A stretch of DNA of 64,000 nucleotides from NCBI GenBank assembly GCA_025356665.1, contig JANXRV010000062.1, positions 1,866-65,865 of the forward strand, given 5' to 3'. The position numbers and the translations under genes are program-made. This stretch comes from Pseudomonadota bacterium. GTDB taxonomy: Bacteria; Pseudomonadota; Gammaproteobacteria; Burkholderiales; SG8-39. The notes below the pieces were generated by a model. It was not told the origin of the DNA and did no database searches. It saw nothing but the letters and a program-made list of their open reading frames with translations. Shown piece after piece: positions 21,579 through 30,078 of this stretch. Each line of letters opens with the position of its first letter. Position 1 is the stretch's first letter.

Positions 21579-22217
21579 CTAGAAAAGACGCCTGGTCGCG
21601 CCCGGGATCACGCCCGGGGTCACGTCCTGGGTCACGTCCTGGGTGACGCCCTGAATGACCCCTTCGTGCGCCAGCAGGCGGCGCTTGACCTCGATCAGGT
21701 AGCCACCGCCGCTGTGCGCAAAGCCGCCCAGGCCCGTCGCCGCAACAACGCGGTGGCACGGAATGACCAGCGGGAAATAATTGCTGCCACAGGCCTGTCC
21801 GACGGCGCGTGCCGCCGAACCCAGGCTGCGCGCCATGCGCCCGTAGCTCAGCGTCTGCCCGCCGGGTACGGCGGATATGGCGGCCCAGACACGGCGCTGA
21901 AAATCGGTGCCGACGGTTTTCAGCGGCAGGCGAAATCTGAATTCCGGATCGTCGGCGTATTTTTCGATTTGCGCGCAAGCCCGCTCGGCAAGCCTGTTCA
22001 GCGGCGGCAACGCACCCATGGACAAAGGCAGGAACATGATCTCGGCCAGCACATCGCCCTCGGTGCGCACACCGACCAGGGCAAACGGCGTGGGCAGCCG
22101 CGCCTGAAATGAACCGTCGGCACGGGGCTTTATGCGGCGCGGCACGATGGTCGGGCTGCCCTCGGCAGCACTGGTGGGGCCTGGACGCACAGAACGCACG
22201 AAAACCCCGTTACTCAC
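21579..22217 (-). CDS. ogt: Methylated-DNA--protein-cysteine methyltransferase
   Basis: Active site IPCHRVV preceded by TDFQRRVWAAISAVPGGQTLSYG. The GTG start overlaps the stop of the upstream gene, and the true start may be internal. The C-terminal tail is repeat-derived. Confidence 0.85.
   Translation of the reverse strand: MSNGVFVRSVRPGPTSAAEGSPTIVPRRIKPRADGSFQARLPTPFALVGVRTEGDVLAEIMFLPLSMGALPPLNRLAERACAQIEKYADDPEFRFRLPLKTVGTDFQRRVWAAISAVPGGQTLSYGRMARSLGSAARAVGQACGSNYFPLVIPCHRVVAATGLGGFAHSGGGYLIEVKRRLLAHEGVIQGVTQDVTQDVTPGVIPGATRRLF
21602..21661. repeat. Five-unit 12-bp tandem repeat inside the 3' end of ogt
   Basis: CCGGGATCACGC CCGGGGTCACGT CCTGGGTCACGT CCTGGGTGACGC CCTGAATGACCC. It encodes GVIQGVTQDVTQDVTPGVIPG. 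Confidence 0.85.
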
Positions 22218-23221
22218 GTGCCGGCGAGTTCGCGCAACTTATGCAGCAAGGCATCGGGCACATCGACCCCCTGCGCCATCGCCAGGCGCTGTGCGTCAAA
22301 ACGCCGGCCGCCTGGCAGACGCACGCCCTCTTCAGACAACATCATCGCGATCAGCGTCTCTAGCCTTTGGTCGTAGACGGCGCGCCCCGCCGCCGCACCC
22401 GGGTCTATGGCGATAAAACCCTGCCCGAGGCTAGGCCGGTTGCCCTGCTCAACCCAGAACGAATCGTTGTCGCGGCTGATGGCCGCGCCGGTGAGCGCGG
22501 TGCACAGCAGTTCGAACACCAGCGCCAGCATGGCCCCCTTGCTGCCACCCACCGGAAAGAGCGTGCCCGCCTCCAGCACCTCCTGCGGATCGGTGGTCGG
22601 CTTGCCGTGACGGTCGAGCGCCCAGCCCTCCGGAATGCGCTCGCCTTTTTGCGCCGCCAGCATGATGCGGCCGCGCGTCACCGTGGTCATGGACAAGTCA
22701 ACGACCAGCGGATCGGCGCCGGCACGCGGAAAAATCGCCGCCACCGGATTGGTTCCGAGCGTGGCGGCCTGCCCGCCCCACACCGGCATGGCCGCCGGTG
22801 AGTTCGACAGCGCAATGCCGATCTGCCCGGCCGCAACCATCGGCTCGAGCGCCAGCGCCAGCGCGCCGATGTGATGGCCGTTGGTCACGCCAGCGTAGCC
22901 TATGCCAAACTCGCGTGCACGCCGCACCGCCTCGCCTGCAGCCATTGCGCAGCCCTCGTAGCCCAGACCGCCGGCATTATCGATGACGCAGACCGCCTTG
23001 TGATCGGACATGACACGCGGGTGGGCGCTGCCGTCTGCCCGACCGTTTTTGAGCATGCCGCAATAAAACGGCACGCGCGACACGCCGTGCGAGGGCAGCC
23101 CCTGCATGTCGGCGGCCACCAGCGCGCGCGCGCTCGCCTGCGCCATTGCCTGGTGCGCGCCGGCACGGGAGAAGGCTTCGCGGGCGATTTCGGTAAGCGT
23201 GTGTTGGTCTATTTTTGCCAT
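22214..23221 (-). CDS. Ldh_2-family (malate/L-lactate/sulfolactate dehydrogenase-type) oxidoreductase
   Basis: 335 aa. MQGLPSHGVSRVPFY...NGHHIGALA...NPVAAIFP are typical of the type-2 Ldh family. Confidence 0.75.
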   Translation of the reverse strand: MAKIDQHTLTEIAREAFSRAGAHQAMAQASARALVAADMQGLPSHGVSRVPFYCGMLKNGRADGSAHPRVMSDHKAVCVIDNAGGLGYEGCAMAAGEAVRRAREFGIGYAGVTNGHHIGALALALEPMVAAGQIGIALSNSPAAMPVWGGQAATLGTNPVAAIFPRAGADPLVVDLSMTTVTRGRIMLAAQKGERIPEGWALDRHGKPTTDPQEVLEAGTLFPVGGSKGAMLALVFELLCTALTGAAISRDNDSFWVEQGNRPSLGQGFIAIDPGAAAGRAVYDQRLETLIAMMLSEEGVRLPGGRRFDAQRLAMAQGVDVPDALLHKLRELAGT

Positions 23222-23231
23222 AGCATGGATT

Positions 23232-24122
23232 TTATTTCAGCGGCCGGATCGGCATCTTGCGCCCGATGGCAACGGTGGCCACCACCGCTGCGGCAAAGAT
23301 TATCATGCCCATGCTGACCTTCTCGCCGAGCAATAGCGCAGAGGCGATCAGCGTCAGGAAAGGCTGCGTCAACTGCACCTGTGAAACGCGCGCGACGCCG
23401 CCCAGCGCAAGCCCGTGGTACCAGGGGAAAAAGCCCAAGTACTGGCTGAATAGGCTGACGTAGGCAAAACACAACCAGGCCGTGATCGAAGCGTTGACGC
23501 CGTGCTCGGCCGCCGACCAGAGCACCGGCGGCAACAAAAAGGGCACCGACACGACCAGCACCCAGCTGATCACCACCCAGCCCGGCATTTCGCGGGTGAG
23601 CCGCGCACCCTCGGCGTAACCGAGCGCGCCCACCGCCACCGCCAGCAACAGGGCAAGGTCGGCCAGATGCAAAGTGCCGCCCCCTTCGATCAGCGCAAAC
23701 GCCACCACCAGCAGCGCACCAAAGCCGGCGGCAAACCAGAAGCCCCGCGACGGTCTCTCCCTTCCGGACAAAGCCACGATCGCCGCCGTCGCCAGCGGCA
23801 GCAAGCCAATCACGATTGCGCCGTGCGCCGAGGGCAGATAGCGCATCGCATAAGCGGTGATAAGCGGAAAGCCCAGCACGACGCCAAAAGCGGTCAGGAT
23901 CATGCGCAGGATCTGGTCGCGCCGCGGCAAGGGCTGGCGCGTGATCAGCAAGACCAGCGCGGCGAGCACGGACGCGGCGAGCGAACGGCCAAGACCGACC
24001 AGCACCGGATCGAGTTCGGCGACGGCAACGCGCGTCGCCGGCAGGGTCAGGCTGAATATGGCGACGCCGATAAACCCCCATGCAAGCCCCTGCAATTCGC
24101 GCTTGCGCCACGCCGCCTCCAT
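23232..24122 (-). CDS. DMT-superfamily (EamA-like) transporter
   Basis: 296 aa with about 10 TM segments and two EamA-like halves. Confidence 0.8.
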   Translation of the reverse strand: MEAAWRKRELQGLAWGFIGVAIFSLTLPATRVAVAELDPVLVGLGRSLAASVLAALVLLITRQPLPRRDQILRMILTAFGVVLGFPLITAYAMRYLPSAHGAIVIGLLPLATAAIVALSGRERPSRGFWFAAGFGALLVVAFALIEGGGTLHLADLALLLAVAVGALGYAEGARLTREMPGWVVISWVLVVSVPFLLPPVLWSAAEHGVNASITAWLCFAYVSLFSQYLGFFPWYHGLALGGVARVSQVQLTQPFLTLIASALLLGEKVSMGMIIFAAAVVATVAIGRKMPIRPLK

Positions 24123-24761
24123 TCAGGACTTCATCGCCTGCCGGACGAGGCCTGCCATCGCGGCGGCATCCTCGCCGCTACTTTGCGCTAGGCCTTGCAC
24201 CACGCCTTCACGATCCGCGACCGTGCGGTTCTGGCTGACTTTCCACTTGCCGGTGATGGTGGTGATCGGAATTTCGATACCGACAATCGCTCGCAGCATC
24301 TGCTCGATGTACTCGGCCGGGGCGTCGTCCACTTTCCATGGCATCTGCCTTGCCCCTTCGTGCCGGTCGGTCAGTTGCGCGACAAAATTGCGCAGCCAGG
24401 CGCGGTCTTCGATCACGCGCAGCGAACCCTGGACATGTACCACGGCGTAATTCCAGGTCGGCACGACTTTGCCGGTTTCTTTCTTGGTGACGTACCACGA
24501 GGGCGTGACATAAATCTGCGGCCCCTGAAACACCGCCAGCGCGCCTTGCGCCGCCGCGTGATCGTGCCAGACTGGATTGGCGCGTGCGACATGCCCGCGC
24601 AGCGTCCCGAACGGGGCGGGATGCGGATCGAATTCAAGCGGGATATGGTTGGCCTCCAGACCCGACGAGCCCAGCGTAACCAGCGTCGCCAGTGGGTGCA
24701 TGCGAATCAGCTCATGCATCACTGCGGCCCGCATTTCCTCGAATTGCAGCGTTTGATACAT
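24123..24761 (-). CDS. FMN-binding negative transcriptional regulator (PaiB-like)
   Basis: I trimmed to ATG 24761 (MYQTLQFEEMRAAVMHELIRMHPLATLVT...). The N-terminus and YAVVHVQGSLRVIED match the PaiB family pattern. Confidence 0.75.
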   Translation of the reverse strand: MYQTLQFEEMRAAVMHELIRMHPLATLVTLGSSGLEANHIPLEFDPHPAPFGTLRGHVARANPVWHDHAAAQGALAVFQGPQIYVTPSWYVTKKETGKVVPTWNYAVVHVQGSLRVIEDRAWLRNFVAQLTDRHEGARQMPWKVDDAPAEYIEQMLRAIVGIEIPITTITGKWKVSQNRTVADREGVVQGLAQSSGEDAAAMAGLVRQAMKS

Positions 24762-24822
24762 GGCTATCCTCCCATCCGGAATCCTGAATTGCGTGACGCG
24801 ATAAAAAACCCGCAGGAATCGA

Positions 24823-26847
24823 TCAGGCCGGGGTCGCCGGAATCGCATTTCGCCGCAAATACTGCATGGCCAGTGCCGCAATCACCAGCCCGAATCCAAC
24901 CAGGTCGGCGCTTGCGCTCGGGTACACCAGTGCAAAGCCCGCCACCACCAGCATCACGCGTTCTATGCTCGTTGTTTTCTTTATCGCCCAGCCCTGGAAA
25001 CCGGCGGCGAGCGCGGCAATACCCACCGCGGCGGTCAACGTAACCTCGGCGATAGACCACCAATTGGCCGCGCCCAATGCCTTGGTCGAACCCATTAACA
25101 GCAGGCCCTGTCCACTCGGATCGAGCACAAACATGAAGGGCACGAGAAAAGCCGGAACGGTGTACTTCCAGCACTGCATGGTCGTTTTGTACGGATCACC
25201 GCCGGTGATCGCGGCCGCGGCAAAAGGCGACAGTGCCGTCGGCGGGGAAACTTCGGACAGCACGGCGTAGTAAAAAATGAACATGTGGGCGGCAAAATCG
25301 GGAACGCCCAGCTTGATCAGCGCCGGCGCCGCTATCACCGCGCAGATGATGTAGGACGCGGTCACCGGCACGGCGAGTCCGACTACCCACACGACCAGCG
25401 AGGTAAAAATGGCGGTCAACAGCAGGGAACCGCCGGCGTAGTCGATGACAATGGAACTGAATTTGAGGCCAAGGCCGGTGAGCGTAACCACCCCGACGAT
25501 GATACCGGCGCCGGCGCAGGTCGCGCCAACGTTGAGCATCCCGACCGAACCGCCCTCCAAGGCCTTGATGAAAGGCGACTGAAAGACCAGCTTGCTGATC
25601 GAACCCTTGAGGCTGAAAAGGTCGTAGGAGAACAGTGCGCACTCACGCCGCAGGAAACTGGTGACGAAGGACACCACGGTCGCCCAGAACACCGACAGCA
25701 CCGGCGAGAATCCCCACATCATGAAAACGACGATCGATATCAGCGACAGGAAATGAAACCAGTAGCGCCTGGTGAGATTCCACACCGAATCGGGTTTTGC
25801 GAAAACCGTGTTGCCCATGCCGTATTTACGCGCATCAATCTCGACCATCAGGAACAATGCGAGATAGAACAGGATGGTCGGAATGCAGGCCATCAGCAAC
25901 ACGTCGAGATAGGATATTTTCAGGTACTCGGCGATAAGGAATGCCGCGGCACCCAGCACCGGCGGGGAGATGATGGCGCCCAGGCCGCCGGCCGCAAGCA
26001 AGCCGCCCGCCGCGTTCTTTTCATACCCGACCTTCTCGAGCATGGGCCAGGCCACCGCACCCAGCGTCACCGTCGTCGCCACACCCGAACCGGAGGGGCC
26101 GCCCAGCAGGAAGGAGGCGAGCACCACGGTGCGCCCGGCTCCCGTTGGCTTGCCACCCATGGCGGAGAAGGAAAAATCGATATAAAACTTTCCCGCGCCC
26201 GAGTACTGCAAAAATGCGCCGAATATCGTAAAGAGAATGATCAGCGACGAGGACACATCCACGGCCGAACCGTAAATCCCCTCGAGCGTCATGTACATCT
26301 GCCCGATAAGCCGACCGACCTCGTAGCCCTTGTGCGTCCAGGGCTGCGGCAGGTAGGCGCCGAACAGCGCGTAAAGGACAAAGGCCATGGTTATGGCGGG
26401 CATGATCCAGCCGTTGATGCGGCGCATCGCCTCCATCACCAGGCCGATCAGCATCACGCCAAAGAAAATATCCCAGCCATTGGGCGATGTGTTGCGGTCG
26501 GTAAAGTCATCCCCGCCCATGATCAGGTAGACAACGATGCCGATGGCCATCAAGGAGGCGACACAGTCCCACCACATGATGCGGTGGCGAAAACGGCTGG
26601 AAAGCGGAAACAGCAGAAAGGAAAGGAACAGCACAAAGCCAACGTGCACCGGGCGCAGCGTCTGCGTCGGGACAATGGCGTAGGCGGTGTAGAGGTGAAA
26701 CACCGACATCACCACCGCTGCAAGGGTCAGGAAGGCGGCCAGCCAGCCGGTGAATTTATTGGCGGCGCCCTCCTCCTCCTCGATGAACTCCTCGGCCTTC
26801 TTGAGTTTCTCGCTATCGATCGCCGACTGCACATTCGCGTCGATCAT
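24823..26847 (-). CDS. TRAP transporter fused permease (TAXI-type)
   Basis: I trimmed to ATG 26847 (MIDANVQSAIDSEKLKKAEEFIEEEEGAANKFTGWLAAFLTLAAVVMSVFHLYTAY), a characteristic TAXI-TRAP permease N-terminus. About 674 aa and highly hydrophobic. Confidence 0.88.
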   Translation of the reverse strand: MIDANVQSAIDSEKLKKAEEFIEEEEGAANKFTGWLAAFLTLAAVVMSVFHLYTAYAIVPTQTLRPVHVGFVLFLSFLLFPLSSRFRHRIMWWDCVASLMAIGIVVYLIMGGDDFTDRNTSPNGWDIFFGVMLIGLVMEAMRRINGWIMPAITMAFVLYALFGAYLPQPWTHKGYEVGRLIGQMYMTLEGIYGSAVDVSSSLIILFTIFGAFLQYSGAGKFYIDFSFSAMGGKPTGAGRTVVLASFLLGGPSGSGVATTVTLGAVAWPMLEKVGYEKNAAGGLLAAGGLGAIISPPVLGAAAFLIAEYLKISYLDVLLMACIPTILFYLALFLMVEIDARKYGMGNTVFAKPDSVWNLTRRYWFHFLSLISIVVFMMWGFSPVLSVFWATVVSFVTSFLRRECALFSYDLFSLKGSISKLVFQSPFIKALEGGSVGMLNVGATCAGAGIIVGVVTLTGLGLKFSSIVIDYAGGSLLLTAIFTSLVVWVVGLAVPVTASYIICAVIAAPALIKLGVPDFAAHMFIFYYAVLSEVSPPTALSPFAAAAITGGDPYKTTMQCWKYTVPAFLVPFMFVLDPSGQGLLLMGSTKALGAANWWSIAEVTLTAAVGIAALAAGFQGWAIKKTTSIERVMLVVAGFALVYPSASADLVGFGLVIAALAMQYLRRNAIPATPA

Positions 26848-26892
26848 TGGGTTTTGGTCTGCCACGGCATCCTCCCTTTGCGCCAGCCCAGG

Positions 26893-26928
26893 CGCTGTTT
26901 TGTCCCGTCCCGCTGTTTTGTCCCGTCC
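26893..26928. repeat. 18-bp tandem duplication in the TRAP permease leader
   Basis: CGCTGTTTTGTCCCGTCC x2. Confidence 0.8.
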
Positions 26929-27078
26929 TTGTGAAGCTTGGCTCGGTGAGCCTCGGAACGGGGTGTCCCTGTTTTTTGCTAGTCTAGCAGACCGCCCTGC
27001 CGGTTCCGCTGACAATTCACCGGGATGTTCCCGCTGATGCCTGCGGCGCGACAGCCTCCTCCGGCAACCCCCAAAACT

Positions 27079-27216
27079 CAAGGTTTCAAAGGTTCAAAGA
27101 TTCAAATATTCAAAGGTTCAAAGGTTCAAAGACACCAAGACACCAAGACACCAAGACAGCACACCGCACCCATTGCCTGCCACACAAGGGCCCACACAAG
27201 GGCCCACACAAGGGCC
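27079..27216. repeat. Three consecutive tandem-repeat arrays
   Basis: CAAAGGTT-like 8-mer x6.5 (27079-27132), CACCAAGA x3 (27133-27156) and CACACAAGGGCC x3 (27181-27216). Confidence 0.95.
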
Positions 27217-27220
27217 AAGG

Positions 27221-27249
27221 TTGTCCGAGGCTGGCACGGGGAATATACT
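27221..27249 (+). promoter_or_regulatory. Candidate sigma-70 promoter for the RLP-cupin operon
   Basis: TTGTCC (27221-27226), 17-nt spacer, TATACT (27244-27249), about 29 nt upstream of the RLP ATG. This is a pattern match only. Confidence 0.4.
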
Positions 27250-27277
27250 GCGCCCGCCCCAACCGCTAAGCACCGTC

Positions 27278-28375
27278 ATGGAACGCATTCTCGTCACGTA
27301 CCAGGTTACTGCCCCGGAGACTGCGATCGCCGCACGGGCCGCATCCATTGCGGTCGAACAAAGCATCGAAATGCCGCTGTCGGCGGTGCGCGAGCAACGC
27401 ATTCTTGATGATTACACCGGACGCGTCGCGTCGATCACGCCGCTTGCCCCCGGGCTGCACCGCGTGCTCATCGCGCTCTCCGCCGGCACGCTCGACGAAG
27501 ATCCGGGCCAGCTGATGAACATGCTCTTTGGCAACACCTCGCTGCAGCCCGACGTTGAACTGGTCGACATCGAACTGGGTGGGTCGGTGGCGGCGAATTT
27601 TCCCGGTCCGCGCTTTGGCATCGAGGGCTTGCGCCGCCTCACCGGCGCGAGCGCACGCGCACTGACCTGTAGCGCCCTGAAACCGCAAGGCAGTTCGCCC
27701 GCGCAACTGGCCGCCATTGCCAGGACGTTCGCCCTGGCGGGCATAGACATCATCAAGGATGATCATGGCATCGCCGATCAGGCTTATGCGCCCTTTGCCG
27801 CGCGCGTGAAGGCCGTGCAGGCCGCCGTCACCGCCGCCAATCGCGAAACCGGCGGGCGCACGCTTTACGCCCCCAGCCTGTCTGGAGGGCCGTCGCGCCT
27901 CGCCGCGCAGGCGGCTGTTCTACGCGACGAGGGCGCCGGCATGGCCCTCGTTGCGCCCATGCTGATCGGCCTGCCGGCTTTTTCCGAACTGGTTGCCACA
28001 CTAGGCGTGCCGGTGCTCGCCCATCCGGCACTGGGCGGCGCGACGCGCATTGCGCCAGCCTTGCTCATCGGCAAACTATTCCGGCTGTTTGGCGCCGATG
28101 CGGTGATCTATCCCAATCACGGTGGGCGCTTCAGTTACACGCCGCAAGAATGCCTGGACATCGCCGGATCGGCGCGCGGCGCGTGGATGCACATACGCCC
28201 CGCGCTCCCCGTTCCCGCAGGGGGCATGACCGTCGAGCGCGCGCCCGAAATGCTAGACTTTTACGGCAATGACAGCATGCTGCTGATCGGCGGCGGCCTG
28301 CTCGCCGCGGGCGATGCGTTGCTCGAGCGTACCCGCGAGTTCGTCAATACAGTGGCCCAAGGTCAAGGTATATGA
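27278..28375 (+). CDS. RuBisCO-like protein (form IV large-subunit homologue, not a carboxylase)
   Basis: I trimmed to ATG 27278 (MERILVTYQV). RuBisCO large-chain motifs are present: FPGPRFGIEGLRRL, LKPQG (for IKPKLG), DIIKDDHG (for KDDE), NHGGRF, PVPAGG, LLIGGGLL. Confidence 0.85.
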   Translation: MERILVTYQVTAPETAIAARAASIAVEQSIEMPLSAVREQRILDDYTGRVASITPLAPGLHRVLIALSAGTLDEDPGQLMNMLFGNTSLQPDVELVDIELGGSVAANFPGPRFGIEGLRRLTGASARALTCSALKPQGSSPAQLAAIARTFALAGIDIIKDDHGIADQAYAPFAARVKAVQAAVTAANRETGGRTLYAPSLSGGPSRLAAQAAVLRDEGAGMALVAPMLIGLPAFSELVATLGVPVLAHPALGGATRIAPALLIGKLFRLFGADAVIYPNHGGRFSYTPQECLDIAGSARGAWMHIRPALPVPAGGMTVERAPEMLDFYGNDSMLLIGGGLLAAGDALLERTREFVNTVAQGQGI

Positions 28376-28881
28376 GCATCAAATCATCTGTCGCAAGCGT
28401 AACAGCAGGCAAGCTGAAGCCGGAAAACACAACAGCACACCGCCCGAACGCCGGACCGGGCCTCTGGACCGGCGTTGAACCGCATCATTACAAACAGGAA
28501 GGCAGCGCGCCGTTTCGCGCTGTCAGCCGGCGAGTACTGTTTGCCGATCCGCAACTCGCCGCTCAATTACGCTACTTCGAGGTGCAAGCGGGCGGATACA
28601 CCACACTGGAACGCCATCAGCACATGCACGCCGTGATGGTGCTGCACGGCGGCGGCAGGGCCTTGGTGGGGGAAGAGCTTTTCGAGCTTGCCCAACATGA
28701 CCTCATCACGGTGCCCCCCCTGACATGGCACCAATTCCGCGCGCGCAAAGACGCGCCGCTGGGTTTTCTGTGCATGGTCAACACAGACCGCGACCGCCCG
28801 CAGTTGCCGGGTCCGGAAGAACTCGACGCCATGCTGTCCAATCCGAAACTGGCCGCTTTTTTGCAAGAACAGTCCGCATAA
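28372..28881 (+). CDS. Cupin-domain protein
   Basis: 169 aa with cupin metal motif LERHQHMHAVMVLHG...WHQF. Its ATG overlaps the RLP stop (ATGA), which implies translational coupling. Confidence 0.75.
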   Translation: MSIKSSVASVTAGKLKPENTTAHRPNAGPGLWTGVEPHHYKQEGSAPFRAVSRRVLFADPQLAAQLRYFEVQAGGYTTLERHQHMHAVMVLHGGGRALVGEELFELAQHDLITVPPLTWHQFRARKDAPLGFLCMVNTDRDRPQLPGPEELDAMLSNPKLAAFLQEQSA

Positions 28882-28888
28882 CAGGCGC

Positions 28889-28915
28889 AAAAAAACCCGC
28901 TTAAGGCGGGTTTTT
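28889..28915. terminator. Bidirectional intrinsic terminator between the convergent cupin and TAXI binding-protein genes
   Basis: AAAAAAACCCGC TTAAG GCGGGTTTTT: a stem flanked by an A-run and a T-run. Confidence 0.75.
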
Positions 28916-28967
28916 CCGGTGCTGGGAAGGTTTCACCCACCCTGTCAGCGGCCGCCAGCCAGCAGCC

Positions 28968-29924
28968 TCAATTGAGCTTGACGCCCTTTTCTGCAAAGTA
29001 CTTCAATGCACCCGGATGGAAGGGAATGGGCGAGGCGGCGTATTTCTGGCTTTCGAGCCTGATGTTTTCCGCCTCCTTGTGAACCGCAATCACATCGGCG
29101 CGCTTGTCAAAGATGGCCTTGACGATGTTGTATGCGGTCTTGTCGTCCATCGATTCATGCACGAGAAGAATATTCATCACCGTCGCCTGCTTGTTGTCGG
29201 TGTCCATGCCCTTGTAGACCGCCTTCGCTATGCTGTCCTCAACGTACAGGTCGCCGTATTTTTTGTTCATCGCCGCAACCACTTCGGAATGATCGATCAT
29301 CTTCAGCTTGGTGCCCGGCGTGTTCGCAAGATCGGTCACCGCAGCAGTGGGCAGTCCACCGACCCAGAAAAAAGCGTCGATCTTGCCATCCTTGATGGCA
29401 TTGACCGACTCGGCGACGCCCAGGCGTTCGCGCTTCAGGTCGCGGTCCTTGTCCAGGCCGGCCGCCTCAATGATGCGAAAAGCCATCACTTCGGTCGCGC
29501 TGCCGGGCGAACCGGTCGAAACACGCTTGCCCTTGAGGTCGGACATCTTGTTCACGCCGCGGCCGTCGATGGAAACGACATGCATGCGGTTAGGGTACAA
29601 AATCATCAGGGTCCTGAGCGCAACTTTGCCGCCCTTGAACTTGTCCTCTCCGCGGTAGGCATCAAGGGCGGCATCGGTCATTGAAAATCCGACGTAGGAT
29701 TTACCGCTGCCAATGAGCTTGAGATTGTCAACCGAACCACCGGTCACTTCAGCGGTGGCCTGCATGCCCGGAACGACCTTGGACAGCACGGCGGCGATAC
29801 CCCCACCCATCGGATAGTAGACACCGCCGGTACCGCCGGTCGCGATCGAAATATTTTGCGCCGTGGCGAGTGCCGCAAACGACATCGCCGCCAGCGCCAG
29901 ACCTGCGCGCAAAAACTGTTTCAT
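28968..29924 (-). CDS. TAXI-family TRAP transporter solute-binding protein
   Basis: I trimmed to ATG 29924 (MKQFLRAGLALAAMSFAALATAQNISIATGGTGGVYYPMGGGIA), the hallmark TAXI N-terminus. GGAGG lies upstream. Confidence 0.88.
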   Translation of the reverse strand: MKQFLRAGLALAAMSFAALATAQNISIATGGTGGVYYPMGGGIAAVLSKVVPGMQATAEVTGGSVDNLKLIGSGKSYVGFSMTDAALDAYRGEDKFKGGKVALRTLMILYPNRMHVVSIDGRGVNKMSDLKGKRVSTGSPGSATEVMAFRIIEAAGLDKDRDLKRERLGVAESVNAIKDGKIDAFFWVGGLPTAAVTDLANTPGTKLKMIDHSEVVAAMNKKYGDLYVEDSIAKAVYKGMDTDNKQATVMNILLVHESMDDKTAYNIVKAIFDKRADVIAVHKEAENIRLESQKYAASPIPFHPGALKYFAEKGVKLN

Positions 29925-30078
29925 TTTGAGTCCTCCGATATGTAAGCGACACCATGCAGCCAAGCGCTGGCCAAGCAGGGTTATTTTACCAACGCCCTGT
30001 GGCCTAATTATAGAGCGGCCCGCGCCGTTTGCGCCGCCGCATCAAGCCGGCCTGCCGCCGGACGCTCCGCAGCACAGC

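Noticed and set aside
27232-27250. TGGCACG upstream of the RLP as a sigma-54 promoter.
   Set aside because: The -12 element is missing: TGGCAC is followed by GGGGA then ATAT instead of TTGC. The region fits a sigma-70 TTGTCC-N17-TATACT arrangement better.
27278-28375. A bona fide RuBisCO / Calvin-cycle locus.
   Set aside because: There is no small subunit, phosphoribulokinase or cbb genes nearby. Several catalytic and phosphate-binding positions are substituted (K177Q, E204H, R295P, S379A by manual alignment), as expected for a form IV RLP.
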